A stretch of DNA of 64,000 nt. Origin: Octopus bimaculoides (Eukaryota). A program made the translations under genes and the position numbers. Under the pieces are notes generated by a model that saw only the letters and a list, made by a program, of their open reading frames with translations, was not told the origin of the DNA and did not search any database. Shown piece by piece: positions 1 to 11,763 of the stretch (its first letter is position 1; each line of letters begins with the position of its first letter). The stretch lies in NCBI RefSeq assembly GCF_001194135.2, contig NC_068992.1:66323655-66387654 (forward strand). Reading direction: 5' to 3'.

Positions 1-765
1 CTTTAAACTCTACCACATGACTGTTGGGACTCCTTGATAAAATCCACTGGGACGTTACCATTCAGACCAGGTCTCTTGCCTCAAGGGAACTCAGGATCTT
101 CATAGACTGCTGCCCCCTATTGTCCTTCTTTGACCGAGATATTTAAAAAATTGACGTAATATCCTAAGTTCTGACTTGATCATTTCTGGAATAAATAATC
201 TCCATAACCAGTTCAGATGCTTTTATAACAAGACACAGTAACCCTGTTTCTATTGGGTATAGAATTGCTGTTGTTATTGTTAAGTTGAAACAAGGAAAGG
301 AAGGGGAACGTTGCTCTCCTTCCACTGCAACTCTGTCACTTTTAAGTTCAGAAAATACGAAAGTGACTGAAAGAGGCGAAGGACAAATGTGATGGAAGGG
401 CGGGTTAAGTCAATTATATCCACCCCAGGGCTCAACTGGTACTTATTTCATTGATCCCAAAAGGATGAAAGGCAAAATCAACCAGGTGGAATTTGAACTC
501 AGAGTGTAAGTATGGACAAAATGCTACTAAGCATTTTGCCTCGTGTGCTAACCATTCTTCCATTTTGCCACCTTAAGTCTCTAATAACAGCCCATTAATG
601 GATACCTCTTATCAACTCTCAGTATTGACAAAAAGTAGAGCTATCATTATATGCAAGTGAGATAGAGAAGATATTTTACAGATAAACATTCTTAGCTGCT
701 TTCTATGAGATTTACATGTTTCTATTGGTACTTTTATATATTTTTGTAATTTTTTTTATCTTCAG

Positions 766-857
766 ACAAAGAAGAAGAACCGGAAGAAGAAATCATTCGC
801 TGTATATGTAACATTTATAGAGATGAAGGCCTTATGATTCAGTGTGAGAAGTGTTTT
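766..857 (+). CDS. ASH1L: ASH1L-like histone-lysine N-methyltransferase, internal exon (start of PHD finger)
   Basis: ttcag acceptor (761-765), gtaagt donor (858). Reads (D)[30 protein letters not shown], the first half of a C4HC3 PHD finger typical of ASH1-family proteins. Confidence 0.93.
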
Positions 858-1050
858 GTAAGTATCCTCTCACTTTCATCTCCTCCGATTTACGATTATC
901 TTTCAAACTCCGTTTTGAAGTCTCTCTCTTTGTATTTAACATAGTTTATACGGCATCTAATTCCCACACTTTACATTAATGGGATTTTTTTGCCAAGTTG
1001 TGTTTCATGAGACATATTCCCTGACCTTTGTTGTGTTACTTCATCTGCAG

Positions 1051-1137
1051 ATATGGCAGCACTGTGATTGTATGGGTGTCAAAGGCAACGTGGCTAATTA
1101 CCTGTGTGAAGTGTGTGACCCTCGTTATTATCCGAAG
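1051..1137 (+). CDS. ASH1L: ASH1L-like exon (second half of PHD finger)
   Basis: ctgcag acceptor, gtaaga donor, 87 nt phase 0/0. [29 protein letters not shown]. Confidence 0.93.
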
Positions 1138-2269
1138 GTAAGATGGTTTCTCTTTCTCATTTGCATGTGCTATTAGGGAGCTTGATTAAATTTAAGGAGT
1201 TGGCAACAAAGTGAAAGGTAGATTGTACGATAGCTTGTGTGGGAGATGTGAATAAGGTGGAAAGAAATGAGGTGACCCTGGTCCGTTCGGTGTGAAATAG
1301 GAGCTGAGAGAAAAGTTAGGGATCAGGTTTACTGTAGAAGGGGGAAAAGACTGCTGCACCTGGTACAGACATGCAAGGTAGAGAAGGGACAACTGATCAG
1401 AATAGGAAGGAAGCTGTTCAAGAGAAAAACTGGTCTGAAGGGATGGAATCTCGTAAAAAAGAAGACAAAGGCAACTATGCCGTGGCCAACTGAGGCATAA
1501 CTTGGGGACATGGTTGCAAAAGAGGGCTGTTATGGTGAGAGCACAGTATTAAATGTTTGTATCAGTAATATGGTGGTGACTTATCTCAATCACATGTAGA
1601 ACGAGGGTGAGTGTATATATTTGAGTGAGGGATGGAGTGTGAGTGCAGAGTCAATGATGGAATTAAAGAAGTTATGTTGTGGAGTAAAGAGGGTTCTGCT
1701 GCTGTATCTGGCCAAATCACATTCTCTGTGAGTAAAGGTTAACGATGCTTAGGTGCAAGGATGAGGGTTAGTATTCACAGGTCTACAAATGTTCTAAATG
1801 TTTTAGTTAGTCCGACCTCTGAAGGAAGCAGGGTGAGGATGTTAACAAGAGATATAAGGGGGGGAGGGGTATTGTAGTGACGTAGATAGCTGTCAGTATG
1901 TGCACATCAGAGAATACTGTTGCAATATTCACAGAAGCAGTTCTTTAAAACAGCACCAGGTGTCACTTATGTGTTATAAATCTCAAGATTTGGTGATGGT
2001 GCCACATATAAAGCACCCTGTACCCTATGTTAAGTGGTTGGTGTTAGGAAGGGCATGCAGCTGTAGAATCCATGCCAAAACGGACAATGGGACCTGGTGT
2101 GGCTCTCCAGCCTTGCCAGCTCCTCTCGAACCATCCAACAGATGTTAAATGATGAGAGATATAACTGGTGATCTGGAGGGAGTTTTAATGTAAAATAGTG
2201 TGTGTGTGTGTGGGTATAGAAGGGAGATATTTACTTGTTACTTAATGAATTTTGTTGTAATGTTTGTAG

Positions 2270-2505
2270 GAAATTCTGATGGTACCTCAGCCAAGTGATG
2301 CTGCATCTGGCAACACTTATTATATGACACTGATGCGTGATGAGATGCAAATCCATGTTGGTGATTGTGCCTATGTAATGAGAGATAATCTGCTGAAAAG
2401 AAGTTCGGATGGAACACCTGTACGGACATCTTATCGTCTCCTGTCCAACATCAGTCCAGATAAGTTGGATATTTTCAGAGTAGAACGGCTGTGGAAAAAT
2501 GCAAA
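2270..2505 (+). CDS. ASH1L: ASH1L-like exon (start of BAH domain)
   Basis: tgtag acceptor, gtaagt donor at 2506. EILMVPQPSDAASGNTYYMTLMRDEMQIHVGDCAYVMRD...DKLDIFRVERLWKNA; ends in phase 2 (aa). Confidence 0.93.
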
Positions 2506-3039
2506 GTAAGTGAATTTGGGGAAATGTCGTTGTTGATTAGCTGAGGTGAACCCTTGTTGGTAGATCTCAGATGTAAGACGTTCCAGTTGTGACTATCCTG
2601 TCATTTTAAGGGTTTGTAGAAATACATAAAGTAAGAAAAACATGTAACATTGTAAAAAAGATAAACCATTGTCTTGAATAAACGGAATTTCACTGTTGAC
2701 AATTGTTTGAAATAGGCCAATATGAAAAGTCTTGTGAAAACCGGATGTAAATATAATCAAATACTTTGTTTGGAATGTCGCAAACTGTTAAATGATTTAT
2801 TATTATTGTTATAATTAAGTCCTATTAATTAAATTATTAAAAATTTAATTGAAATCATGCTGAATTTGTAACTTAGCAACACTTTAATTAATATGATTTT
2901 TAGTTCTTACTTAGCATTTTCTGTGATGGCAATTTATTCCATAAATGTTTTAGTATTTTTTTGATATTTTTTTTCTCTTGTTATATAAACATGTGTCCAT
3001 GTGAAATCCCCACATGAAGATGGTTGTTTCTGTTTGCAG

Positions 3040-3124
3040 GGATGAAAAGTTTGCCTATGGTCATCATTATGTACGACCACATGAGACATTCCATGAACCT
3101 TATCGGAAATTTTTTGCCAATGAG
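3040..3124 (+). CDS. ASH1L: ASH1L-like exon (BAH domain)
   Basis: ttgcag acceptor, gtaatt donor. aa+g completes Lys, then DEKFAYGHHYVRPHETFHEPYRKFFANE. Confidence 0.93.
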
Positions 3125-3504
3125 GTAATTATTGTTTTTTATTTCTTCATCTTCCAACTGATTCCACAAGAGATTTTATTGCTAATTGGAGACATTCATA
3201 CATTTCATCAATCTGGCTGATATCTTTGAGAATGGCATGAAGATCACAGGATCAATCCTAGACCACATAAGTTAATGTTTTGATACCTTCCTGGAGGAGG
3301 TAACAAGGAACCTTTTCAATGTTCACTTGCTAGAAACACTACACTATCTGACCCTCTCAATAACAACTCTAGATTATTTACGGAGATTGTCTTGAAGCCC
3401 TCGTTAACCCCACTACTGTTCAGTAGTGGTAGTAATAATGATACTACTGCTACTACTACTACTACTACTACTAGTTTCTATATTCTGTTGAAGAGATTCT
3501 AGAC

Positions 3505-3703
3505 CCGTGGTTCCCAAAAGTAGCCCCCAGGGCTTCATGCGGCCTTCAAGCATCCGTCTGACAGTCCTCAACAGTCTTCCCTCAATAAATATAATAAAAT
3601 TTTCTCTAATTGACTTGTATTTTACTTTTTTGAGGTGTGGTCCCTTTAAAAAATCCTGGTTTTAGATCTAGCCCCCAGATATTTAAAAGTTTGAGAACCA
3701 CTG
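3505..3703. mobile_element. hAT-type MITE in ASH1L intron
   Basis: Termini ccgtggttcccaaa / tttgagaaccactg (CAGTGGTTCxCAAA-type hAT TIR). Flanked by 8-bp ttctagac and ttctgcac (6/8 match, decayed TSD). Confidence 0.75.
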
Positions 3704-4038
3704 TTCTGCACAGTAAAGCATTTTTGGGAGTTGGGGGAAGATTTTATGTTGGAGCTGATGGTTGGTGTTTCTTTTGAAGCAGAAATCACACTCAAAACTA
3801 CCATTGTCATTTTTGTAGTTTGTATTTCTTTCATCTCTCCCCCCCCCCCNNNNNNNNNNCTAAGTATTTTCTTATACTGATCTTTCATTTGTAACCCTCA
3901 AAGTTTCAGCCAATATTGGCATGTTGTGTACTAAAAGTTGGCACTAATGACCACCACATACTAAACCTATTTGTATCGGTGACGTTCAATCATTATTTGA
4001 CCATTCTGTTAACCTTCCATTGTTATCCAACTTTACAG

Positions 4039-4220
4039 GTTTTCCGAATACCATTGTACGACATAATTCCATTAGAAGCCATTATTGGAACTTGTTGTGT
4101 GCTTGACCTCAACACCTACTGTAAAGGACGGCCAAAAGGACTGAAAGAACAAGATGTATATATTTGCGAAAGCAGAGTAGATAAAACTGCACATCATTTC
4201 TCAAAAATATCACGCACAAG
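4039..4220 (+). CDS. ASH1L: ASH1L-like exon (BAH domain)
   Basis: ttacag acceptor, gtaaaa donor. [60 protein letters not shown]; phase 2 end. Confidence 0.93.
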
Positions 4221-5783
4221 GTAAAACATCTGAACCATTTTTTTATATGTTCTTCTCTTGTCTTTTTGTTTTATGACTCTTCTATTTTGTTGATGAATGC
4301 CATTGTTTTGGGGGTTGTTCAGTGTCAACCTGCTGTCCAGTTATCCACAATTCATAGCCAGAGATGTCACTCTTCATTGCAATGGCCCAATACATTGAAC
4401 AGTGAATAGATACCATGAAGAGGTTTACAACTGTTATTTATTGTTACTTCAGTGTTCAGTATAGAGAGGAAGGGAAGATAAATGGTGGAACAAACATTAC
4501 AGGAAGTTTCTATCACACACACACACACACACGCACACAGAGCAACTTTTGTATTGTTGATATCATATTAACAAACATCTCTTGTAACTTGTATAGGGTT
4601 AATACGTTATAAACCACAAATTTCCCGGAACATGTGTAGGGGTTGGAGAAGATGAGTCAAATAAGTTTTGTTGGTTGTATAAGATTAATTAAATTGTATG
4701 AAAACTAAAGTCCTTACAGTAGAGGTGGATGACAACCAAGATGGTGGCAGTGCTACCCGCCAAGTAGCTGCTGCTGTTGTTGTTGTGTTTCCTGTCATTG
4801 TACATAGTTTTGATTGAGGCAGATTTCAAAGTTAAACAGAAAGTTCTCTCTTTAACAGTGTTGTAAGTAAATGTCTGCCTGTTATTAATATTCAGAGATA
4901 AACTTTAAACTTCAGTTTCTGCAATCCACAAACAGCAAAAAAAACAAAAAGACCAAGTCAGAAACCTTGGGCTGAATTCTAATCAAAGACTCTTCATTGA
5001 TTTCAACCCAGCAAACTAACCTGTCCTTAGTGTTCCTGCTGGTGCAAACACTTTGCCCATTGGCTACCCTTACTTTCAGTATAGTCTTTCACTCTATTTA
5101 CCCCATCTTCTAGGCACTGCACCCACCACCCTGCACCCACCACCCTACATTTCTCACTCTATCAACTACCAATATCGTTCTTATGGTTGTTAACTTTAAT
5201 GTTGGTGTGTTTCCAATAGAACTATATCAAGCAGGAATTGCTTTCCCAAGTGAACTCTCTTGTCTGCCTGGTCAAAGTGGCAATATTGTTTCAGCCACTG
5301 TCACAGAGAATTGCCTGCTTCTTACTCTCTTAACGTCTCATCTATTTGATTAAGATGTTGCCCCTCAGATTGTTTTAACCAGAGCAAGTTCCTCTGCTCA
5401 CCCTCACCTACTTTAGAGGACCTCAGACTTTGATTATGTCACTGAAAATCTTTTCTCCTGCTACACAAAAACCTTGCTCTTCTAACTCTCCACATTCCAA
5501 CACAATACATAAAACTCACCACTCCTTATTCTGCAGGGATGCTGGCTGTCCTGGCTGGCTGAGACAGTGTTTGTAGATTTATTTACAACAGAGCTCTCAG
5601 TGTTTGTTTGTTGTTAAAATAACGTCCACAATAATTCACGCTTTCAATTCATCATGTGCTCTCTCTCTCTCTCTCTCTTTCTCTCTCCATCTCTTCACCT
5701 CAATCATTCAAACCAACAAGCTTGTTATCTCACTCTCTCCACTGCAAACATTCCTAATGCTTTTCTATTTTTTCATTGTCTAG

Positions 5784-5856
5784 ATATCCAGTTCTTACGA
5801 AATCCTATTGCTTTGATAAATTTGAAAAGCGGTTGTTTCCCAAAAGAACCTACTCA
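5784..5856 (+). CDS. ASH1L: ASH1L-like exon (post-BAH)
   Basis: gtctag acceptor, gtaagt donor. ag+a = Arg, then YPVLTKSYCFDKFEKRLFPKRTYS; resembles YPVCTKPYAFDHFPKKL of vertebrate ASH1L (from memory). Confidence 0.9.
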
Positions 5857-6384
5857 GTAAGTAGAATCGATGTTTACGGCATTTCAGCTTCTTCACTGTC
5901 AATCTTGCGTTACATGCATGTTGTGTGTGTCTGTCTGTGTGTCTTGTGGGAAACAGCTTCTCTTTTAGGCATAAATTTTAATTCTTTTCATTTCGCCATC
6001 ATTATGCTTATTTGGTATATAACATTAGGAAGAGTATCCAGCCATACAAACCCTCATCCAAAACAAACTTTGGAGCTTGGCACTGTCCTCTGGCTCACCA
6101 GCTCTTGTCGAGCTATCCAACCCATGCAGCATGGAGAAGAGGCATTAAACAATGATGATCAGGATTTCTGTCAGATAAATGAGTGCTCAATACATGTTGT
6201 AGAGGATATGGGTTTTTTTTTGTTTTTTTTTTATCGAATCTGAAACTCAGAGTTTGTCTCACAATTGAAATTTCATGCCACTGAGACCTGTAGAACTTCA
6301 GGTAAGAACTGTTCTCACCTGAAAATTGCAATGGTGTGAAACCTGTTGCAAGAGACATTCTTAGTTTCAATTTAAAAAAACAAA

Positions 6385-6428
<44 letters not shown>

Positions 6429-6701
6429 GTATGTATACACACCCTCACATAAATATATTTATTGNNNNNNNNNNGTCAAATGAAAAGCCTGTTTGTCTCT
6501 CCCTCACACTCCCCCCCCCCCTGTCACTACATCAACCATCACTCACCTCTCTCCTGCATTCAGTTAGCCCCTACCTGATCCCAATCATCTTGTTGCATAT
6601 CCACATTTAGACATACCTTTACATTACAAATGCCTCTCCCTCTGACATCAACATAGCCTAGCAGTGAGCTTATCGAATGTGGTTTTGCTTTGGCCGTTTA
6701 G

Positions 6702-6880
6702 CCCCATGAAGTCCCAGAGACCTACAAACGGCGTGGTCCTGGTGAACGGCACTCCCACTCAAATGATGACCTGCACAGCAGCAACAGCAACAACACTAAA
6801 CAGTGTAACAAGAAGAGTTCAGACTCAGCTGGAAAGTCTTCAGCAGCAGCCACACAGCAGCAGCAGCAGCAGCAGCAGCC

Positions 6881-6912
<32 letters not shown>

Positions 6913-6998
6913 CAGCAGAGACCAATCCTGGCAAGACAGGAGTAGCGACCAGTGATTCAGAGGAGGATTTACCACTGGTCCACGTCAAACAACAGAAG
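6702..6998 (+). CDS. ASH1L: ASH1L-like exon with poly-glutamine insert
   Basis: tttag acceptor, gtaaac donor, 297 nt phase 0/0. PHEVPETYKRRGPGERHSHS...Q8PQ9...SDSEEDLPLVHVKQQK. This frame is not shown in the ORF track because it has no ATG. Confidence 0.88.
6855..6908 (+). repeat. Coding (CAG)8-CCG-(CAG)9 trinucleotide repeat
   Basis: Direct count in the exon 6702-6998 reading frame. Confidence 0.95.
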
Positions 6999-8167
6999 GT
7001 AAACACATTCAATTCTGGTTTGTCCCTCTCTCTTCTCTCTCTCTCTTTCTTTCTTTCTCTCTTTCTCTCTCTCTCCTCCCCTTCTCTGGTAAGTAATAAT
7101 TGCTATTTTATTCATTTGGGAGCTTTATAGAAGATAAATACAAGCAGGTATTGGTGTTTGTGTTTATTATGTTGATAAAGCCAGGTGTGTCTTGTGGCAC
7201 CACAGACAAATGCTATTACCAAATACCGTTCCAGGTTCACAAAGAAATTAGGGATGGTAGGGTGGGAGGGCGTTACTAAAGCAATTTTGGAAATCATTCA
7301 AGATATTTCAGAAGGAAATTGGAGATTCTTTCAGAGCAAAACTATGGAAAACCTTTGGAATAAATTCAGGTTTCAGTTTCTTAAGAATTTTGAGGGATTT
7401 GAAGAACTTCTTAAAATTGATTGAAATGAAACAGAGGTGGTCACTGATGTTGCTAATTAGTTGATTGTTTATATTTCTAATTAATTAATTGATTCTATGA
7501 ATGACATCAACAATCAGTTTCAATCTCACGACCAAAAACTCATTAAAACAGAAACTAGAGTAGAAATAGAGAATAAAAAAAAATACATGTAAAATGTGAT
7601 AAAGTTTGTAACAATGAAAATTCTTGTTTCTTTCTCTTGAGCCAGACTCTTTATTTATATTTGCTCCAGTTCGCTCAGTTAGCAAAAATGAGTTCTACCT
7701 GTATTTGAAAGGGTTCAGCCTTGTCACATTTAGTGTGTCACGCTGGATCACCCTCAGAACTACGTTAAAGATTCACGTGTCTGTGGAGCACTCAGCCACT
7801 TGCATGTTAATTTCATGACCAGGCTGTTCTGTTGGTTGGATCTACTGGAACAGTTGTCACTTCAATCAACAAAGTTCCAGTTATAAAAGACTTTCCATCT
7901 AGAAAAAGTAAAAAAAAAAAAGTCACTGCCAATCTAAAGGATTCCCACATTTGATTGTGTGAACTTTATGAAGGAAAAAGGTTTCCTTCTACTTGGAATG
8001 ATCAAAGACAAGCAACACAAAAGAAAACGAGTGACATTCCATTGGTTCTCATTTGTAAAATGATTTATTTTTTATGTTGGTGTGTGAAATTATTGATTAG
8101 GGTTATTTTAGAAAAATTACTATTTTTAAATCTCACAAGAGATATTCAGCAACAGTTGTTTGGAGTA

Positions 8168-8390
8168 AAGATTGTTTGCCAACGTAACATGGCAGTCCTG
8201 GTTTAGGACGAATGTTGCTGTAATTTATCCCCAGGAGACATCATTTCCAGCTGGCTATACAACACGGATCGTGTCATATAAGGACACAGATTGTGTCATA
8301 TAGCCAGCAGGAGATGATGGCTCCTCAGCCTAAATTACAGCAACATTCATCCTAAACCAGGACTGCCATGTTATGTTGGCAAACAATCCT
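8168..8390. mobile_element. Fully palindromic MITE with TA flanks
   Basis: aagattgtttgccaacgtaacatggcagtcctggtttaggacgaatgttgctgtaattta... is mirrored by ...taaattacagcaacattcatcctaaaccaggactgccatgttatgttggcaaacaatcct. TA at 8166-8167 and 8391-8392. Confidence 0.85.
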
Positions 8391-8501
8391 TATTATAGGG
8401 TAAGTTTTTTTTCTCGTGTGAGCACCAAATGTTGTTGCATTTACTAAACAGCAGCGACAATGTTTTTTGAAGTGAACTAAATTATTGTTTATTTGTTTCA
8501 G

Positions 8502-8645
8502 CGTAAACAGAAAAGAGAATATCTTGACAAAATATTGCAAAAACTTTTGGCAAATATCCCTGGCAAACAGAAAGTAGATGTAACATATTTACTGGAAGAA
8601 GGAGCGGGCAAACGACCTCGCAAGAAACCGCAGTTCAACTTCTGA
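8502..8645 (+). CDS. ASH1L: ASH1L-like terminal coding exon
   Basis: tttcag acceptor. RKQKREYLDKILQKLLANIPGKQKVDVTYLLEEGAGKRPRKKPQFNF-stop (tga 8643-8645); matches the ASH1L C-terminal motif IPGK-x-x-x-DVTYLLEEG. Confidence 0.92.
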   Translation, partial: RKQKREYLDKILQKLLANIPGKQKVDVTYLLEEGAGKRPRKKPQFNF

Positions 8646-9800
8646 ATGTCCTCAAGACTGGCCTTGTTTCTGTCAATGAATTTACTTTGAATGAGGTTTG
8701 TGTCCAAACAGCACCTTGTTTCTGTGGCAAATGGCTTTTCCACATTTGTCAATAGATCCCTCGTATCAATGGTGATCTGCATTTGAAACCAGAATACAGA
8801 GTGCAATCTTGCAGAAGGAGAAGAAACAGAGGAAGAAGAAGAAGAAAAAAATAATATATAAATATAATGAAAGAAAAAGAAACCTTTTTTTTTTTTTCGT
8901 TTTGCTCTGCCAACATTTTGGAGGAATGGATTGAAAAATGGGGAGAAAAAAAAAAAAAGGAAGTGAAAAAGAAAAAAAGAAGCAGCAAGTGAGCAGCTTA
9001 GAGTGATTTTGACTTTTTACTTAACTGTTCAGCTTGTACTGCTGTTGTTGTTGTTGTTTGTTGTTGACAGTTTGTTAATAAATAAGTAAAATCCAAAAAT
9101 ACAGGCAATACACACACGCACACACAGCTACATACATATATCAATATATATATATGTATATATATATATTCACACACACACAGACACATACACACGCACA
9201 CACACACATACCCTGGGTCTCGTCAAGGAACTGTGTCACACTCACTACCACCACCACCACCACCACCACCACTCACTCACTCACGCATGCTGTAACATCT
9301 GACAGCCCGGTGACGAGAGGAGAGGAAAGCTAAGCCTCAGCCAAGCAAACAATCCCCTTTTCTTCTCCTCGTACATCATCATTATCATCATCACCACCAC
9401 ACAGTCCGAATGTGCGAGGAAAAGAAGCCGGGGAGGAGAAACATCCAAGTTGAACCGATTCTCTCTCCTTGTAAAACACGGCCACAGTCCAAGCAGAGAG
9501 GGGAGATAATTCATTCGCTTCTCTACATCTCGACGTCAAGGGAGGTAATTTAGTTCTCTTGTGAAAAAGAAAAAAAATCTATAAATATATATTAACACGA
9601 TTTATGAACAAATTTACATATAAAATTCCGACCCTCCCCCACTCTTTTTTTTAATTCGACTACTATTTTGTTGATGTTTTTCATTTGTTTTTGCCATATT
9701 TGGTAGTCACGCTATTGTCATTACAGTTTTATTTTTTAACTTTTTTTTTTTAAGCGAAGGAAGAAAATTGTAATAAAAACGCAAAGAAACTAAAATTATT
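8646..9800 (+). other. Probable ASH1L 3' UTR (end uncertain)
   Basis: Follows the stop codon; A/T-rich with simple repeats. Candidate AATAAA signals at 9077-9082 and 9772-9777. Confidence 0.4.
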
Positions 9801-9946
9801 ATTATTATTATTATTAAAATCGAATTGGAAAAGAAGAAAGAAGATATACAAACAAATACACACATACGCCATAACTCAGTTTATCAAAAGTCATGGAAGC
9901 AATTTATTGTGTGACTCTCATATATATATATATATATATATACATG

Positions 9947-9993
<47 letters not shown>

Positions 9994-11763
9994 NNNNNNN
10001 NNNNNNNNNNNNNNNNNNNNNNNNNNNNNNNNNNNNNNNNNNNNNNNNNNNNNNNNNNNNNNNNNNNNNNNNNNNNNNNNNNNNNNNNNNNNNNNNNNNN
10101 NNNNNNNNNNNNNNNNNNNNNNNNNNNNNNNNNNNNNNNNNNNNNNNNNNNNNNNNNNNNNNNNNNNNNNNNNNNNNNNNNNNNNNNNNNNNNNNNNNNN
10201 NNNNNNNNNNNNNNNNNNNNNNNNNNNNNNNNNNNNNNNNNNNNNNNNNNNNNNNNNNNNNNNNNNNNNNNNNNNNNNNNNNNNNNNNNNNNNNNNNNNN
10301 NNNNNNNNNNNNNNNNNNNNNNNNNNNNNNNNNNNNNNNNNNNNNNNNNNNNNNNNNNNNNNNNNNNNNNNNNNNNNNNNNNNNNNNNNNNNNNNNNNNN
10401 NNNNNNNNNNNNNNNNNNNNNNNNNNNNNNNNNNNNNNNNNNNNNNNNNNNNNNNNNNNNNNNNNNNNNNNNNNNNNNNNNNNNNNNNNNNNNNNNNNNN
10501 NNNNNNNNNNNNNNNNNNNNNNNNNNNNNNNNNNNNNNNNNNNNNNNNNNNNNNNNNNNNNNNNNNNNNNNNNNNNNNNNNNNNNNNNNNNNNNNNNNNN
10601 NNNNNNNNNNNNNNNNNNNNNNNNNNNNNNNNNNNNNNNNNNNNNNNNNNNNNNNNNNNNNNNNNNNNNNNNNNNNNNNNNNNNNNNNNNNNNNNNNNNN
10701 NNNNNNNNNNNNNNNNNNNNNNNNNNNNNNNNNNNNNNNNNNNNNNNNCCCCCCCCCGTCACTTCATCGTTTGCGGTGCCACCTTGAGAACAACCTCACC
10801 ACTAATTATCTCTTCACAGCTACAACATATGTTGCCATGTATCTCCCCTATAACAAAAACCTGCTCTGCTCCATCCCCCTCCCATGGAGAAGTGGATGTT
10901 GCTCATTTCACACACACATGTAGCTTGTTGTTTAGTCTCAATTTTCCCTCCATCCTGCAACTTTATCAACACAATCTCATCATCCTCATCATCGTCGTCG
11001 TTTAACATCCTCTTTCTGACCTGTACCAGGCTCCAGTTTGATCTGGCAAAGTTTCTACAGCTGGATGCCCCTCCTAGCGCTAACCACTCTGAGAGTGTAG
11101 TGGGTGTTTTTCACCTTAACTCATATAGTTCCTGGTGGCTGGGGTTAACACCTTCAATGTTGATAATAGTAACAATGCTGAATCATTGGCAACTGAGTGA
11201 ATAAATACCAAACCTAGAAATATCTAATCATGTGTGAGCACTTTCCAGTCATCATCAAGCAATCACATAAACTTCCTTATTTTCCACAGTTGTAGAAGTC
11301 AAAGTAAATCACTTCTGGAAATCTCTTCCTTTCAGTTTAAAAGGTTTATGGTTGCCATCATCAGAATCAGCAAGGGAGATCTAGAGACATTGTGGAGTGC
11401 AAGAGGTAAGATGGAAGAGAACCTCAGCCAAACTCACAAGTAAAGAACAGTAGTACAGCAGTACAAATTCTTTTGAGGTGAGCAACAGCAATAGGGTCTC
11501 TGGAGCGGCATATTGTTAGCTGAGAAATAAAGCAATTTAGGGAGTTAAAAAGTGTGAGAGGATTGTTCAGCTTAGACTTGTTTTCGGCAGCTCAATAGTG
11601 ACATTTATCTCTGCAAAAGTGCCATAGTTAGGGTTGTCATGTGCTAAGAAGACCCAGTTTCAAGAATCCTGCTGCAGACTCCAATGATACCAACTTCATT
11701 CTCACAACAAGCAATTTTATTGGCTATATTAAAACTAAACCATAAGCATTTGTAAGGGTTTTA

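Noticed and set aside
1190-1870. Purine-rich intronic block with weak Penelope-RT-like peptides on the minus strand (HPSLKY, PSYA)
   Set aside because: The motifs are in the wrong order and in different frames. Probably an old retroelement remnant, but it cannot be classified by eye.
6664-7012. Poly-Ser (+) and poly-Cys (-) ORFs
   Set aside because: Alternative readings of the CAG run. Only the Gln frame fits the splice phases and ASH1L homology on both sides.
9884-11005. Long ORFs here and at 20754-21461, 25780-26254, 28232-28815, 32365-33078, 34936-35382, 55649-55988
   Set aside because: They are open only because N gaps and (TA)n runs contain no stop codons.
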